From: Dicyema japonicum
Taxonomy: Eukaryota; Animalia; Dicyemida
NCBI GenBank assembly: GCA_011109175.1
Contig: RDEW01000037.1
Coordinates: 283,600-347,599 of the forward strand
Direction of reading: 5' to 3'
Length of the DNA stretch: 64,000 bases
Below are positions 39,780 through 53,294 of the stretch, one piece after another. The position numbers and the translations under genes are program-made. The notes under the pieces are model-generated. The model was given only the letters and a program-made list of their open reading frames with translations. It was not told the DNA's origin and did not search any database. How positions within the stretch are numbered: the first letter of the stretch is position 1; each line of letters starts with the position of its first letter.

Positions 39780-42612
39780 GAAGGAATACGGAATTTTGCT
39801 CCTAGTAGCATTGGCGGGCTCGACGGAATGAGACCTGTCTACCTGAAGGATCTGACCTCTTTGTCCGTAGGAGACCAGGGACTTCGTCTTACAAATTCAG
39901 TTACTTCACTTATGAATCGGATCATGTCTGGAGTTCTTCCCGAAGTTATCCGCCATGTTCTATTCTCCGCCAATTTGATAGCCTTTGATAAGAAGGGAGG
40001 CGGAGTACGACCAGTTGGGGTCGGGTTTGTCTTCAGAAGACTGGCGGCTAAAATTGCCTCCAGACATTCTATTCCACTCGTCACAAAATTCTTGAACCCC
40101 CCTCAAGTAGGCGTCGGTATTCACTTGGGATGCGAGGCGGCTGTCCATTCAGTGGGGACATTCATTAACCAAAGTATAGAAGATTCCCATGGACATGTCC
40201 TGGTCAAACTGTAACCCTCTCAGGTTGCACCAATGTTCAATCTGGTCAACATACTCCCGGATTCTTCCTTCAGATATGGAAGATTTTAGAGATGTGTCTA
40301 CCACGATTACGTCATCCGCATAAATAAAAAGACTAGTATTAATATTCCTCGAACGTGGAAAACTCGCCATGAATATATTAAACAAAATAGAACTCAAAAC
40401 CGAACCTTGTGGTACTCCCTTCTTGAATGATTTCAGAATTCAATAGAAAGAAACAGTCTGCATAGCCTCTCCCGGGACGAAAACCCCACTTCTCCAGAAT
40501 CAGAAAGTCATTCTCTTCTATATGTCCGCTTAGCCTTTTGAAAATGATACGTTCAATCACTTTCATGAAAGAACATATTAAGCTAATAAGTCTGTAGTTT
40601 GCAGGATCTCTCATTGGCTTCTCTGGTTTTGGAATCATCCTCATAACAGCTTTCTTCCATATTAAAGGGAAGTGGTAAACATCCATCATAAAGACATTGC
40701 GGATAGTCAAATAAATTATCCGGACTTTCTTTGATAAGTTTCATTGATATGTGGTCATATCCTGAGCATTGACCTTGTATTCCTTGATAGCCGTCATCAC
40801 TTCAAGACGCTGACAGTGCTATCAGCAATAGGCAGTTCCTCGTCGGAGTGTTTAAATAGATCAGCAGACATCTTCTTTTTGTCATCAGGGATCAAACTCA
40901 ACGGATCTACACCCTGAATTTTTTGCTCGTCGGAGTGTTTAAATAGATCAGCAGACATCTTCTTTTTGTCATCAGGGATCAAACTCAACGGATCTACACC
41001 CTGAATTTTTTGGAGCTGATCCCTGAGTATCGAAGGTGTTTCCTCCGTCATGCATACTTCCCCGTCTGGTTTATTCAATATATTTTTTCTGCTCCCGACT
41101 TTGGACACATTATCTTTTGATGGCATTTCCATAAAAAGGGATTCTTCATATCAATTTTCGCAGCCTCAGCCTTCCACATAATGTCAGTTTCCTCCTTCCA
41201 TATACTGCTGATTGCCTCCTTCATCATCCTGATTCTTCTGATATGGATTCCCCTGTGTTGAGAGATGCCCTAATATTTTCGAATTTGTGAGTCAGTCATA
41301 CAACCTACCTTCATCCTTACTTTTCGGGGACTACCTAAATGACCAAACATCCGCCCTCAACCTATGGTATCTGGATAATGCGGTCTTCAGAGGACCCCCG
41401 GATACTGTTTTCCGGGATTTGGAAGTTTTAATTCCAGCAGTGTTGGAAGCTGGACTGGAATTAAATTAGACTAAATGCGAAATCTACAATTGCGGACTTT
41501 CAGAAGAGAAATATTCAAAAGCTTTGTCATGTTTCTGAAATTTACTGCCTGGAAGTATTTCCACACCTGATGAAGAACTTATATTCCTCGGATCCCCAAT
41601 CACCATAAATGCAATGGGAAGAGCTATGCGTGAAAAACGACTGTTACTCGAAGAGAGTCTGGACCGCTTGTGTCTACTTGACATGCATACAGCATTATTT
41701 CCTCTGAAAAATAGTCTCAACGTACAGAAACTCGCATATGTCTTGAGGACTCTTCCCTATTTCACCCATTGTGGCCAACTCGCACAGATTAACTGGATCT
41801 TCCGTAAGACACCGGAACGTATATTCAACGTCCGGTTCAATGATTATTCATGGAAGCAAGCCACGCTGCCAGTGAGACTGGAGGACTTGGAATTCGCAAC
41901 CCTGTGGACCTCTCTCTCCCTTCATACCTATCATCGCTAGTGGACTGTAACTCCCATGTCAAGAGGATTCTACACTCTATACCTGAATTCTCTATTGACA
42001 AGGACGCCGGCCATGCTCGTGAGGCCTGGAACCGCACTTATCAGCTTTCCCTGCCTTCCTCGTTTTCTCAGCTAACATCGCCGTGCCTGTTTTGGCTTAC
42101 ACCCTCTCTCCTGCAGATTTCCCGGACACATGGCCTTGAAAAAAATCGTTAGGCGAGCTTTGGACGCCGCCGGCTCGAACCTGTCGGTCTTTGCAGGCGG
42201 GACGGGAAACGACCAGATGGGATTATAATCTTCCCTTTTGATAGGATTATAATCCGGGAAACCTTTTGTCTGGAACGTTACCTGCATCGGCACATTTGCC
42301 TCTTGCAACCTACTCCAAAGTCTCTCTGGAGCCTGTTCTCCCGCTGAGAAAGCCGAGAAGACGAAACGGGAAAATTACGCGGTTCTACCCAACGATTTTT
42401 TGTTTGTTCCACTTGTCGTTAAGACGTCTGGTTTTTTTTGCGCCTGCGACGCTGGAATTCTTGAGTCGTCTAGGGAATCGGGTAGCTGTACGAACAGGAG
42501 AACCTCGTGATCGCTGCTGGTTATTTAAGCGAATCTCGCTCGCCATCCTGAGAGGGAATAGTCAGGGCAGCCGCTATGTAACCGTTTACTCTTTTCTCTT
42601 TCCTTAATAAAA
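39780..42612 (+). mobile_element. CRE-like (RT plus RLE) non-LTR retrotransposon, decayed
   Basis: LIAFDKKGGGVRPVGVGFVFRRLAAK, QVGVG...GCEAAVH, WYLDN, QATLPVR..GLGIR, RDGKRPDG and KRISLAILRGN. Confidence 0.85.
40214..41285 (-). mobile_element. LINE RT fragment nested inside a CRE-like element
   Basis: IWKKAVMRMIPKPEKP...NYRLISL, WGFRPGRG and LFIYADD on the opposite strand, splitting the CRE RT. Confidence 0.8.
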
Positions 42613-43870
42613 TTCCATATTTTGTAAATATGAAAATTTTAAAACTCTATTGGTTCATACAGAGGTAAGATGGTTATCCAAAGGTCTGAGGAAGACTAGT
42701 GAATATGTGGGAACCAATAATCAATTTTTTTAGTCAAAACTGACTCATTCCAACAGCAAGCTGATAAAGCTAATAAAATTTTGGAAGGAATTAAGTCTAA
42801 TGCTGTTGGATTTGAAAGAAAATGTAAAACTGAGAACAAGAGTTGATAAAGGTGTCATTGCCTACATATTAATAAGACTCACACCAAAATTTTTTTCCAG
42901 CATGTAGAACAAGCAAAATTTCTTTACTTGCCACATGGATGGTTGAATCTGCCTTTTTAGCTGTTTTGGATGTTTTTACTAAAAAAGACTTGTGGATTAG
43001 GAAATGTATATACTCTTGCAAAGCAAACCACCTGTGCTAAGGTGATTTTTGTTTATATTTCTGTTAGATTTTTATCAGATGTCTTAACATTTAATAATTA
43101 TAGTGAATCACAGTCACTTTAGGCGAAATTTTATAAATTCTGAGATTGGTTGTGAGAAAATGAATAGAAAAACAAGTCTAAATGTCTAACTGCAGGACAA
43201 AATGTGGATTATAATTTTCTGGTATAAGTATATAAATTAAAAAGTCTTAGAATTTATGTGGAGAAAACAAATCCGATGTTATGATGATTCATTCAGAAAG
43301 ATTTTATTGAAATTTATTTCCAAAGACAATAGTTAAAGACAAAAACAAGAATTATGTGATCCCGGAGAATTTCAATAGGGCTCTCAGCTTGGTCCGGTGG
43401 TCTTCTCTCGATTCAACACAAGCACGAGTGATTTCAGAACGAGATGACTTCCGATCTTCCATAAACCAGAGATCCCCTTCAAGAGGTTTTATGGGTATCA
43501 AACGTCCGCAATAGTCATAATTTTTCAAACAATTAAAATTGCCGATTGTAGTTTGAAAGACCTGGATATAGTTCTTCCAATCCTGATTGACAGATCAGTA
43601 CTAGAGAGCAGTACTTGGATAGACCTTTGCAACGATTGGTCCACAAATTGTTTTAGGACATCCATTAGCTTGTCTGCTAATAGTGTCGAAAGTTCTTGAC
43701 ATTTTGATTCCTATGATGGTCGTGGCATTTTTATATATTTGAGCTGTTGCACAGGGATGCTTTAATGTTCGCTGTCGAATTTCCTATAAGAAATCCACCT
43801 ATGACTCCACACGCTTATTTAAAAAAACTAGAAAAAACAAATAAGTAAAAAAATATATAAATTTATAAAA

Positions 43871-45640
43871 TTAAAGATCAGAACCAACTTGATCCTTCTT
43901 AGATGCCTTATAATTGCCTTCTTGGGCAGACAGCAACTTTTCAATTTCCTTAGTTTTCCGTCTCCGTTCATTGTCACTGCAAATAAACCCACAACATACG
44001 CAAAGATGGTCTCCTTGAGTTTCCTTCTTGCCTCACATCCACTATCCCTTCTGATCTCCCTTAACTGAGATCTCTTCTTCCGTTTCTCCATTTTCATATC
44101 TGAGGTCACCCTCATCCTACACTATAACCGTATATCACATACGTTTCGCCAATCCGCGGAAAATACTGCTTTATCTGCTTCACTTCCTTAGGGGGATAGA
44201 CCAAATAGACTTTAACGCTCTCTCCACAAATCCTATCAAATGTTTCCAGCACATTTGTTAACAACCCCTTCCATAAATAACAACTCAACCTTAATATGGG
44301 AAGGGACTCGTTTATTCTCACAAACAGAAATAATAGTAGTCCTCAGATTATGGAATAAATCTTCAAATGAAGGCAAATGCTTATAAATATCAAAAATATT
44401 GTGCAAATGCACACATATGGAGTTCAGAATAACCACACTACTCTCAATCACCTAACAACCTCGTCATATCACATATTCCAGTCAAGTCCAGTTCAGCCAC
44501 GGGAATCACAGGAGTCTCCGTGATTTCAATGGCCTTTGCTGTGAGAAAGCCAGAATCACTTTGAACGAAAGATTCCAGAACATTTAAACACGCACCGATC
44601 AGTTGGGGAACCAAAAGCTTGTCATCCTTAACAATCTAGGCTACAAAAACGAGACAAACTTCATAAACAAGCTTAATGGAGACAACCGTGTTGAAAATTC
44701 CCTCCATCGTTAAAAAAGGAGCCGAAACTAAAAAGGGGATGAATTTCGAAATGTTGATTTTAGGTTTTTTCGATTTCTTGCCCTCAAAATTAGAGGAGGA
44801 CTCAAAGTTAAGTATGAACTCACTGAATAATCATAAAATATCAACAATTCGTCTTCCAAGGCGTCAGCCGACCGCAGAATGCGCTGTTTCCTCATTCTTA
44901 CATATTCAGTGTCCTCGAATCCAACCAATTCTTCCTTCATTTCATTTTGTTTCTCAGTTTTTTCCAATTTGTTAACGTTCTGGACATAAAAATACGGAGA
45001 TACAGATTTCGGAGGACATGACTTTAGATTAACAACAAGGGAGTCGTACTGATCCACCTTGGAAAAAGGGATATCTTTTATTGACTTTTGGCTGATTGTG
45101 GTACCCTTTTCAATTCCACTCCATTCGAAATTGAGCCCGTCGAGGATATGGAAGCTCTTGTCAGCCATTCTCCGTGATTTAGCCTGGAATATGAATTCTA
45201 TTCCATACTTGACTGGTCTTTGATTTACTGATAATTTCTGTCATTCGATCATGCTTTAATTGATCAGGTTGAAGCTTTTCAGTGGTTTTTCTGTTATTTT
45301 GGTTAATTTCCCGGTCAAATGATTCAATTTGCGATAGAGACTGACCAACATTAACGTAAGCGTCGTCCTCGTTGTCAGAAAGATTGAAACATGTTTTCCT
45401 TCTTTTTGGTTTGTCGTTTAGAAACGTAAAATTTCCAGTTTTTGACTGTTTTCTAGATCTTTCTGCAACTCTTTCCTCTCTCTATGGGTTTAGTCGTTAT
45501 GTTACTTTGGTGTTACTAGAAGTCCTTAGAACGCTCCTTGAGTCCTTGCCGATTATATTTTGTTTTGTTTTGCTGAAAAAGACATCAAAGGGATTTTTAT
45601 TTATTCCCTTGTCAGCATTTTTTAATATTTGAGATGGCAT
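43871..45640 (-). CDS. NOP14: Nucleolar protein 14 (NOP14)-like, 10 exons, about 518 aa
   Basis: NPFDVFFSK, FNLSD...VGQSLSQIE, MTEIISKSK, DQYDSLV, LREIRRDS and ERRRKTKEIEKLLSAQEGNYK. Nine introns of 22-26 nt. Confidence 0.8.
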
Positions 45641-45729
45641 ACAACAATGCTCACTAAATTCACGTTTAAAAAATTTAATTTAAAAATATATTTTGTATTT
45701 AATTAAATATTTTATTAATACAATTAAAA

Positions 45730-47436
45730 AATCGAAATATGCTCTCGAAGCCACAAGAACCATATTCCACCTTCTTCACTCCCGATGATGTTGACAAAGC
45801 TATTAAACTACGTATCAATCAGCCATAAAGATTTTTTTCGCTCTCCACATGTTGAACGGCGCGGGCCGCAACAAAAACCGTATTCCACCTTCACCTCCCA
45901 TGATGTTGACAAGGCTTTAAATTGCTACATCCCACTCGTGCTTGTGGTCCCGACGGTATTTGCCCTATTCATATCAAACACCTTGGATTTCAGGCACGGG
46001 CCATATTATCAAGACTGTACAACGAGTCTATCAAATACAATACGCTACCTAATATATGGAAAAACTTTCTGATTATGCCAAACCTAAAGCCCAGAAGTCC
46101 AAAAGACGTTCCCTCTTCTTATCGCCCCATCTCAATAACTTATGTTTTATCAAAAATATTGGAAAAGTTTGTGTTAATGCGCATTTCTTTTGTTCTACAT
46201 CTACCAGAGTTTCAACATGGTTTCAGGCAGACCGTTCGACAACGACTCATTTTGTCTATCTCCCAGTTTATTACTGACGGCTTCAACATGAGAACACACT
46301 TACGGACGGCCTTAGTATCCATCGATATATAGAAGGCTTTTGATTCTGTTCCGAGGAAACTCCAAACGCATAAGATTTTTAATTAGAACTTACATCCAAA
46401 CATCAAGCTATGGTTGGAAAACCTCTTAACTGAGCGACGCGGAAGGGTCCGGATTGACAAAACCACTTCAAAATCAAGACTACTCCCCAATGGGGTCCCG
46501 CAAGGCTCCCCTTTATCTTCTCTCCTTTTCAACTTATTTTTACATGACCTACCTACTACCAATGACCAGGACACTATGTTTTTATCCTATGCGGACGACC
46601 TAAGTATCGCTGCAAGAGATAAATCTCCTTCCATGGCTGTAGCAACTGCTCAGACACACCTAAACCGAATTTGTGACTGGCTATCTGCAAATATGTTATG
46701 TGTATCAGCATTCACTTATGAATCGGATCATGTCTAGAGTTCTTTCCGAAGTTATCCGCCATGTCCTGTTCTCCGCCAAAATTATTCACTACGGACAGAA
46801 GGTTTAAAGGTGGGCTTGAGATTTCCATCGGAAACATTCCCATCCCTTCTACACGGACCCAGAAGATCCTTGGTGTAATTTTCGACTCTCTGTTGACGTT
46901 CTCGAGTCACATGGAGGAGGTGCTTGCCAAGGGTCTTCGGAAATGGAACATTCTGAATGCGATGATAAAGAAGAGCCCTTTCCCCCCGGCTGCTTGCGTA
47001 GCAAGGTCTATCAATAAGTCATCGTACCTACCATTGAGTATCCCTGCTCCGCCTGGAGGATTGAGATTCCCCCTTCGAGAGTGGACCGTTTGAACTCCCT
47101 CAAGCGGAGAATTATGCACCACACGGACATACCCCATTGGCGACCTTGCTTCTGATAAGGCTACGTTGAAAATTGGCCAGGGTTTCCTACGTTTCTGCAA
47201 GGAACTGGGAAACCCACTCAAGGAAAAGGTGGCTCATGAAGAGGAATTTCGGTCGGTAATAAAAAAGTGCACGCCGATTGAATTCCTTTGTAGAAGAAAG
47301 AGAAGACGCTTCCGGAGTGCGGTTGGATCATCAGAAGACTAAATGGAGAGAGTTCGGATGTTGTTGGAGGCTGGGATCACCTAATTAGTTAGTTTTGACC
47401 TATCTTTCCTGGTGGTCTTGGGGTTAAATAAATAAA
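45730..47436 (+). mobile_element. 5'-truncated RT-containing LINE (Ingi/Vingi-like)
   Basis: GPDGI, SSYRPISIT, QHGFR, NGVPQGSPLSSLLFNLF, LSYADD, ILGVIFD and LLEAGIT*, followed by an A-rich tail. Confidence 0.9.
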
Positions 47437-48199
47437 GCCACACAGGCTCACTTAGATTCTGGTGACCTTTTAAATCATCAAGCCGATCTAAAACTATTGT
47501 TAGAAGAAATAGTTTTAAATGTCAGTTTATTAATACGGTTATTTTGTGTATTTAAGTGATAATACTGTACAACTCAGGAACGTGGAGAACGTTAGAGCAG
47601 CTCTTAAGAGACTTGATGGATACCACAGGAGCCAACTGAGGAAAATAGTAGAAATCTACTGCCCGAAGAACATGAAAACAGGACTCTTTAGGAGCTATGC
47701 AAGTGCAAGTCGATCAGCGAGAAACTGATATAAATTTGTTATCGATTTTTGGATGTGGTGAAATCATGTAACCTTATTATAAATAAATTTTTCAACCAAA
47801 ATAGGATTGAATGCTTTCGCGGACGATAGATAATTGCGATTCCTCTTAATAAAACCATGAAATTTTTGTTTCCGATTACAATCACTAAGGATAATTTAAT
47901 ATCTTTTATTTTGAGATCGCATATATAAAAGATTTACTTATAATTAATCTTTTCCTATGATGGTCGTGGCATTTTTACATCTTTGAGCTGTTGCAATAGA
48001 TCAGCTTTACTCAGAAGGTTCCTAAAGAGTCTTTGATTTTCTCTGGGGAACAACACAGCTTTGCTCCATGTCACACAGTTAAAAATATTGACTACTAAAA
48101 TAAAAATGAACTTTTAAAAAAATTAAATATTGATGTATCTAAAAATAAAAGTATACTCAATCTTGAGTACATATGAGTACATCTTGAGTACATATAATC

Positions 48200-49590
48200 A
48201 AGGGTCAAAAGTCGACTTATTCCTGTGGTCCGGACGGAATCCCTGCAATAGTTCTGAAAAACATAGGCCCCTATGCTATCATGGCCCTCACAAAAATTTT
48301 CAGCTTTTCAATCAACGAAAATTGTATTCCTTTCATATGGAAGCTATCAAACATACGACCAATCCTGAAACCCGGGCGACCAAAGGGATCACCAGCCTCA
48401 TACAGACCAATATCTTCCTATGTGTTACATCAAAACTTTTGGAAAAGCTGATTCTTGAACTAATCAAACCATACCTTCCTGATGCACCTTTTCAACACGG
48501 ATTCAGAAAAGGACACTCCACAGAAACGCATCTTACATGCCTTACAAATTTCATCAAGGATGGACTAAAGCGCAAACCTCATCAGAAGTCTTTGTTATGC
48601 TCCATCGATATTGAAAAGGCTTTTGATACTGTCCCAAGAAAGCGTTTGACAAGGAATATCTTTACGTCAAAAATTCCAAACAACCTGAAAATCTGGATCG
48701 CAAATTTCCTAAATGGGAGAAGAAAAAAAGTAACTGCTGGAAAAACTAGATCAGTGACCAAGTTCCTTCCAAATGGGGTCCCTCAAGGATCTCTACTTTC
48801 ACCACACCTATTCAACCTATTCTTGAATAATATGCCCTCCCTTACCAGTGACGATACTCTGGTTCTGACATATGCAGATGATATAATCGTCGCACTCAAA
48901 GACCAGTGCGTTTACACTACTGTTTACCGGATACAAGCTTCATTGGACGATCTGAACTGTTGGCTCGTTAAGAACATTTTACATACAAGTCCCTAAAAGT
49001 CTTATACAACAATTTTCACAACAAACAGAAGATTGACAAACTCCGCTCCATGTGTAACCATAAATGGAAACTCAATCCCCACGACCAACTCGGTCAAGAT
49101 ACTGGGCGTAACTTACGACCCACTCTTGACCTTCAGCAAACACATCGACAACGTCATCTCCTCGGCACAACGAAAGCTAAATTTTGTTAAAACACTCCTT
49201 GGACAATATAATGGGTGTTTCAACTCAAATTTGGACTCCTTCTACGTGCACTATATTCAATCGTCTCTAACTTACGGGTGTGCTGCATGGGGAACCAACT
49301 TATCAAACAGGAATATAGAAAAAATCAATACCTTCCAAAAATGGCTAGTAAAGTTTTGCAATGGTTTTCTTGGACACCTCTAAACCCTACACCTTTTGAG
49401 GAATTAGTGAGGAAAACCGGAGCCTTACTACCCTTCAAAAAAGTTAGAAACCCCCGCCCAATCTGGAAATGCGTTGGAACCTAGGAAGAACATCGAGCAA
49501 CAATGAGATGGCTACTCGAGGCGGCCGAAATCACCTGACGGATATGTAGTTAATTAATTTGTCGGTGATTTGTGGTTTTTAATAATAATA
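48200..49590 (+). mobile_element. 5'-truncated RT-containing LINE (Ingi/Vingi-like)
   Basis: FQHGFRKGHST, DIEKAFDTV, NGVPQGSLLSPHLFN, TYADD, ILGVTYD and LLEAAEIT*, followed by (AAT)n. Confidence 0.9.
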
Positions 49591-51618
49591 TCAAATTCTT
49601 AACTTGTGTTATTCCAGGTTTTGTGCCGTATTGATTATTGCGAGCATCGAAAATTACTAGATTAAGCATGTGAGGTTCAGTAATTCCTACTTCTGTCCCC
49701 AAATGTTGATTTCAATTAATTTTTAATAAGAAAAATCATGGAAATAAATATTTTAACTTGATTGACCTAAAAATTATATTTTGACATTTTTGGATGAATC
49801 GGTGACGTCGCTTTTGAAAGAATTACGAAAACCCCGAAACCTTAATTCCATGGAATTTTGTATTCTTAATTGTTGTGAGCTCTCAAGGGGAATTAGGGAA
49901 TTCTTATAGAAATATAAAGTTTTATCGGCTACCACCGGGCAACTGTAATGGNTAAATATTTTAACTTGATTGACCTAAAAATTATATTTTGACATTTTTG
50001 GATGAATCGGTGACGTCGCTTTTGAAAGAATTACGAAAACTCCGAACTCTTAATTCCATGGAATTTTGTATTCTTAATTGTTATGAGCTCTCAAGGGGAA
50101 TCAGGGAATTCTTATAGAAATATAAAGTTTTATCGGCTACCACCGGGCAACTGTAATGGTCAACCAAAGAAAATCGAGAATATCATCGAATCTTTTATCA
50201 CAGTGGTCGAAACACCTCGGATTTAACAATGACCCAAATATCTTAATACTTAGACAGCAAAGACCCTATTTGGGAGTTACAATTCTAAATGAAAGATTAT
50301 ATTCTTTCTAAAACCTATCTAACTAATACAAACGTTTACTAATTTAAAAGCGGATGGATCCAGAAAAACCCGAGGAAAGTATGGTTTCTATGCAGCACAA
50401 TCAATAGTGTACTGCGAACATTCACACCCCCATTAATATTTATCGTTAAAGTTGATACTTGAGGCAATACTGAAGAAATCCAAAAAAGTTTTAGTTGAAA
50501 ACTATTGCGAGGTGATAATCCATTACTCGGCAACAATGTCTCTTTGTGCACAGCCAAACACAAAACTATATAGTCAGGGCGTAGGAAAAAAACCGACAGT
50601 CAACCGCAATAATCTACAACAAACTTGAGAATATGATAGAGACTGAATCATTGTAATTTCCATTCTTAGGACGGAGGGATGAATAAGTCCTCAAGGAGAC
50701 ACATTATCTCCAATTCCTGTTCATTATATATCTCGGATCAGCAATAAGATATCTGAAACCGCACTACTCATAAAAGATAAACACTCTAGCTGATGATGTG
50801 GACTATCTTTGACGACAAGAAAGCCCTTGGTCATTTACTTGAAACGATTCCAGAAAAAACTGTGAGGTTGTTTTTGGTGGTTGACACAACTAAAACGAAG
50901 ACGGTAGAACTCATGGTGCAAAAAAGAGGACCGACAAGTAGTAACGTAAAACCAAAAAGTTGGCACCTTCTTAGACGGTTACGAAGATATGACACAAGTA
51001 TATTTGATGTTCGACTCAATTATTTGATAATACGGGTCACAGGAGTTAATAATAATTTTGACACAAGTGATTTTTTTAATCAAAAACAATTTATTACGTT
51101 ACAAGATGAAGGAGAACCAAGGAATGCTCTTCACATCTTTTTGTTGGGTGTATGTCCTATATAGACGATCCGGTTCCACAGTGAAATTTTCACCTTCAGT
51201 CGTCAATCCAAAGCATAGAGATGGGTGGAACCTTCTACCGAAATGTAGAGTAACGGGATTCGAACTAGCGACCTTCAGGCCTCTTTCTCTGCACTCGTTA
51301 CACTGCGTCAAAACAATCTAATAATCCAGCTGACAATATGGAATGGTTGATTCCCTTGACAACTACCAGAGAAATCCTGTCGAACAGTCACTCGGTTTCC
51401 CGACGCTTATTACTCACTTTCGATATCATTGACCCAGGCGATCTTAGAAAAGAGACCGTATTGGGCCGGAAGACTTCGCTCTTCTCGACGACAACGTGCT
51501 GTACATGGAATCTGAGGAGAGACTATTGTAGTAACCTAATCCACTTATAACTTAATCACATAAAAAGAATTTTTATTCAAATTCAAAACCAAGAAACCAC
51601 ATTAATGAAAATCAGTCA

Positions 51619-52354
51619 CTAACTAACTCGACATAAAGTCAGAAGGGCACAGAGAACCCGTGGTTGAGTATTAAGCATATATTGCTCAGCTGACTTGGCA
51701 ACATCACAGATAGATGGTTCAACAAGACAAACCTCAGCTACAGCGTCATCAAGGTATTTCTTCGACTAACAAATTAAAGTACCCTCATATTTTCTGTCTG
51801 AAGAACAGTCACAACAGTAGTACATAACATACACTCAACATCTCCTGCTTTTATCACTGGAGTATTCTCGGAATGAGACTCACGTGGTTTGCACCTGCTG
51901 TTCTTTTCGCACAATTCACGTGCGTCTCCGACCTTTAGACCTGAGTTAATTTTTCCATTCTAAAGTTTGCACAACAGTAGTACATAACATACACTCAACA
52001 TCTCCTGCTTTTATCACTGGAGTATTCTCGGAATGAGACTCACGTGGTTTGCACCTGCTGTTCTTTTCGCACAATTCACGTGCGTCTCCGACCTTTAGAC
52101 CTGAGTTAATTTTTCCATTCTAAAGTTTGAAGAAATTGAAACCAAAAAATAAGAAATCGTATTCATGCTGTTTATGCATTGGTTACAGTCCATATCCTCA
52201 CTTGGACTGTTTGTATCGATTTCAATAGATAATCTCTCAATAACCCTCTCGGAGGTAAGCTAAATTAGAGAAAGCAATCCTATTACCAGTGGTAATCCAT
52301 AAAGAAGTACAGCTAAAAGCATTAACAAAAACGAATACCAAAAAGGCTCAACAT
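51619..52354 (-). CDS. Secreted saposin-like (SapB) protein, about 158 aa
   Basis: Signal peptide MLSLFAVLLYGLPLLTS, a partial module CNQC...ELC-x5-C, then a full SapB pattern CMLC...EVC...SIC...PRVLCALLTLC. Four introns of 23-27 nt. A 160-bp identical duplication (51810-52129) must be collapsed. Confidence 0.75.
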
Positions 52355-53294
52355 AACAATAGAATAAATATTAATTAATATATCTTCAAAACAGGTTCTC
52401 CATATTAAAACCAAAAATTGTTTTAAATTAATACTTAATAAAATATTGTTTATATTTTATTGATTTACCCCCGCTCCCTTAAAGTGAAGGAAACCATTTG
52501 CTAACAAAAACATAATTGACGGACGTTCTCAGAGGCCAGGACACGAGAAAGGGTGATCTGTTCCGTTGTCATCAAATGTACATGAAAAGAAAAGTGGAGA
52601 CTTTGCCTGCCCGGTCTTGTAAAGTAGGCGCTAAGATTATTTAAGTGCATTTTTTAAAGAATTGGGACTACTATGTGATTGACTGAGTATTCAATTAAGT
52701 AAGGAAAAGCGTGAATTCCACTCGAACCGATATATTTTAGATGGTGTATGTCATCAGGACCTCTAGCATCGACAAATTTCGTAATTAGTCGATAACGGAA
52801 TAAAGATAAAGTGACTTATTTTCGCATAATGACTTATAAATAAGTTGGCCCGGTCTCGGAAGGCTAACACACAGTTTTTGTCTGAGAGACCAGTTGAGTG
52901 GGATCGGGGGGAAGTCTGTCTGGTTGTATTTCTTTATAGGGATTAAGAGTGTAAATAAAATCATTCCATTCATTGGTCTTGTATTTTTAGATTATGTCTT
53001 CAATAAGATATTCTACCCTCACCAGAGTTCATCGATTTGATCCTCCACGTTCTTTGAAAAGATTGATAATCCCAGGAGGGAGGTAGAGGTCACAATTAGC
53101 GATGAAACCATTGGAAATATATTTTTGCCGGGAGCAATTAGACAGTTTGCTAAGAAATTGACAACATCAAAGGAGTTGAAAGATGCGTAAGAAAAGTCTC
53201 TGAGTACACTTTCGGTTTTGTTTTTGTAGGAATCCCACTTTTCACATTTATAGTCTATATTCGTCTTTGTGATTCTCTTCTTCGTAGGTTTTTT

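Noticed and set aside
51810-52129. Apparent exon duplication in the saposin-like gene
   Set aside because: The two 160-bp copies are identical and break the frame, and collapsing them gives a clean ORF.
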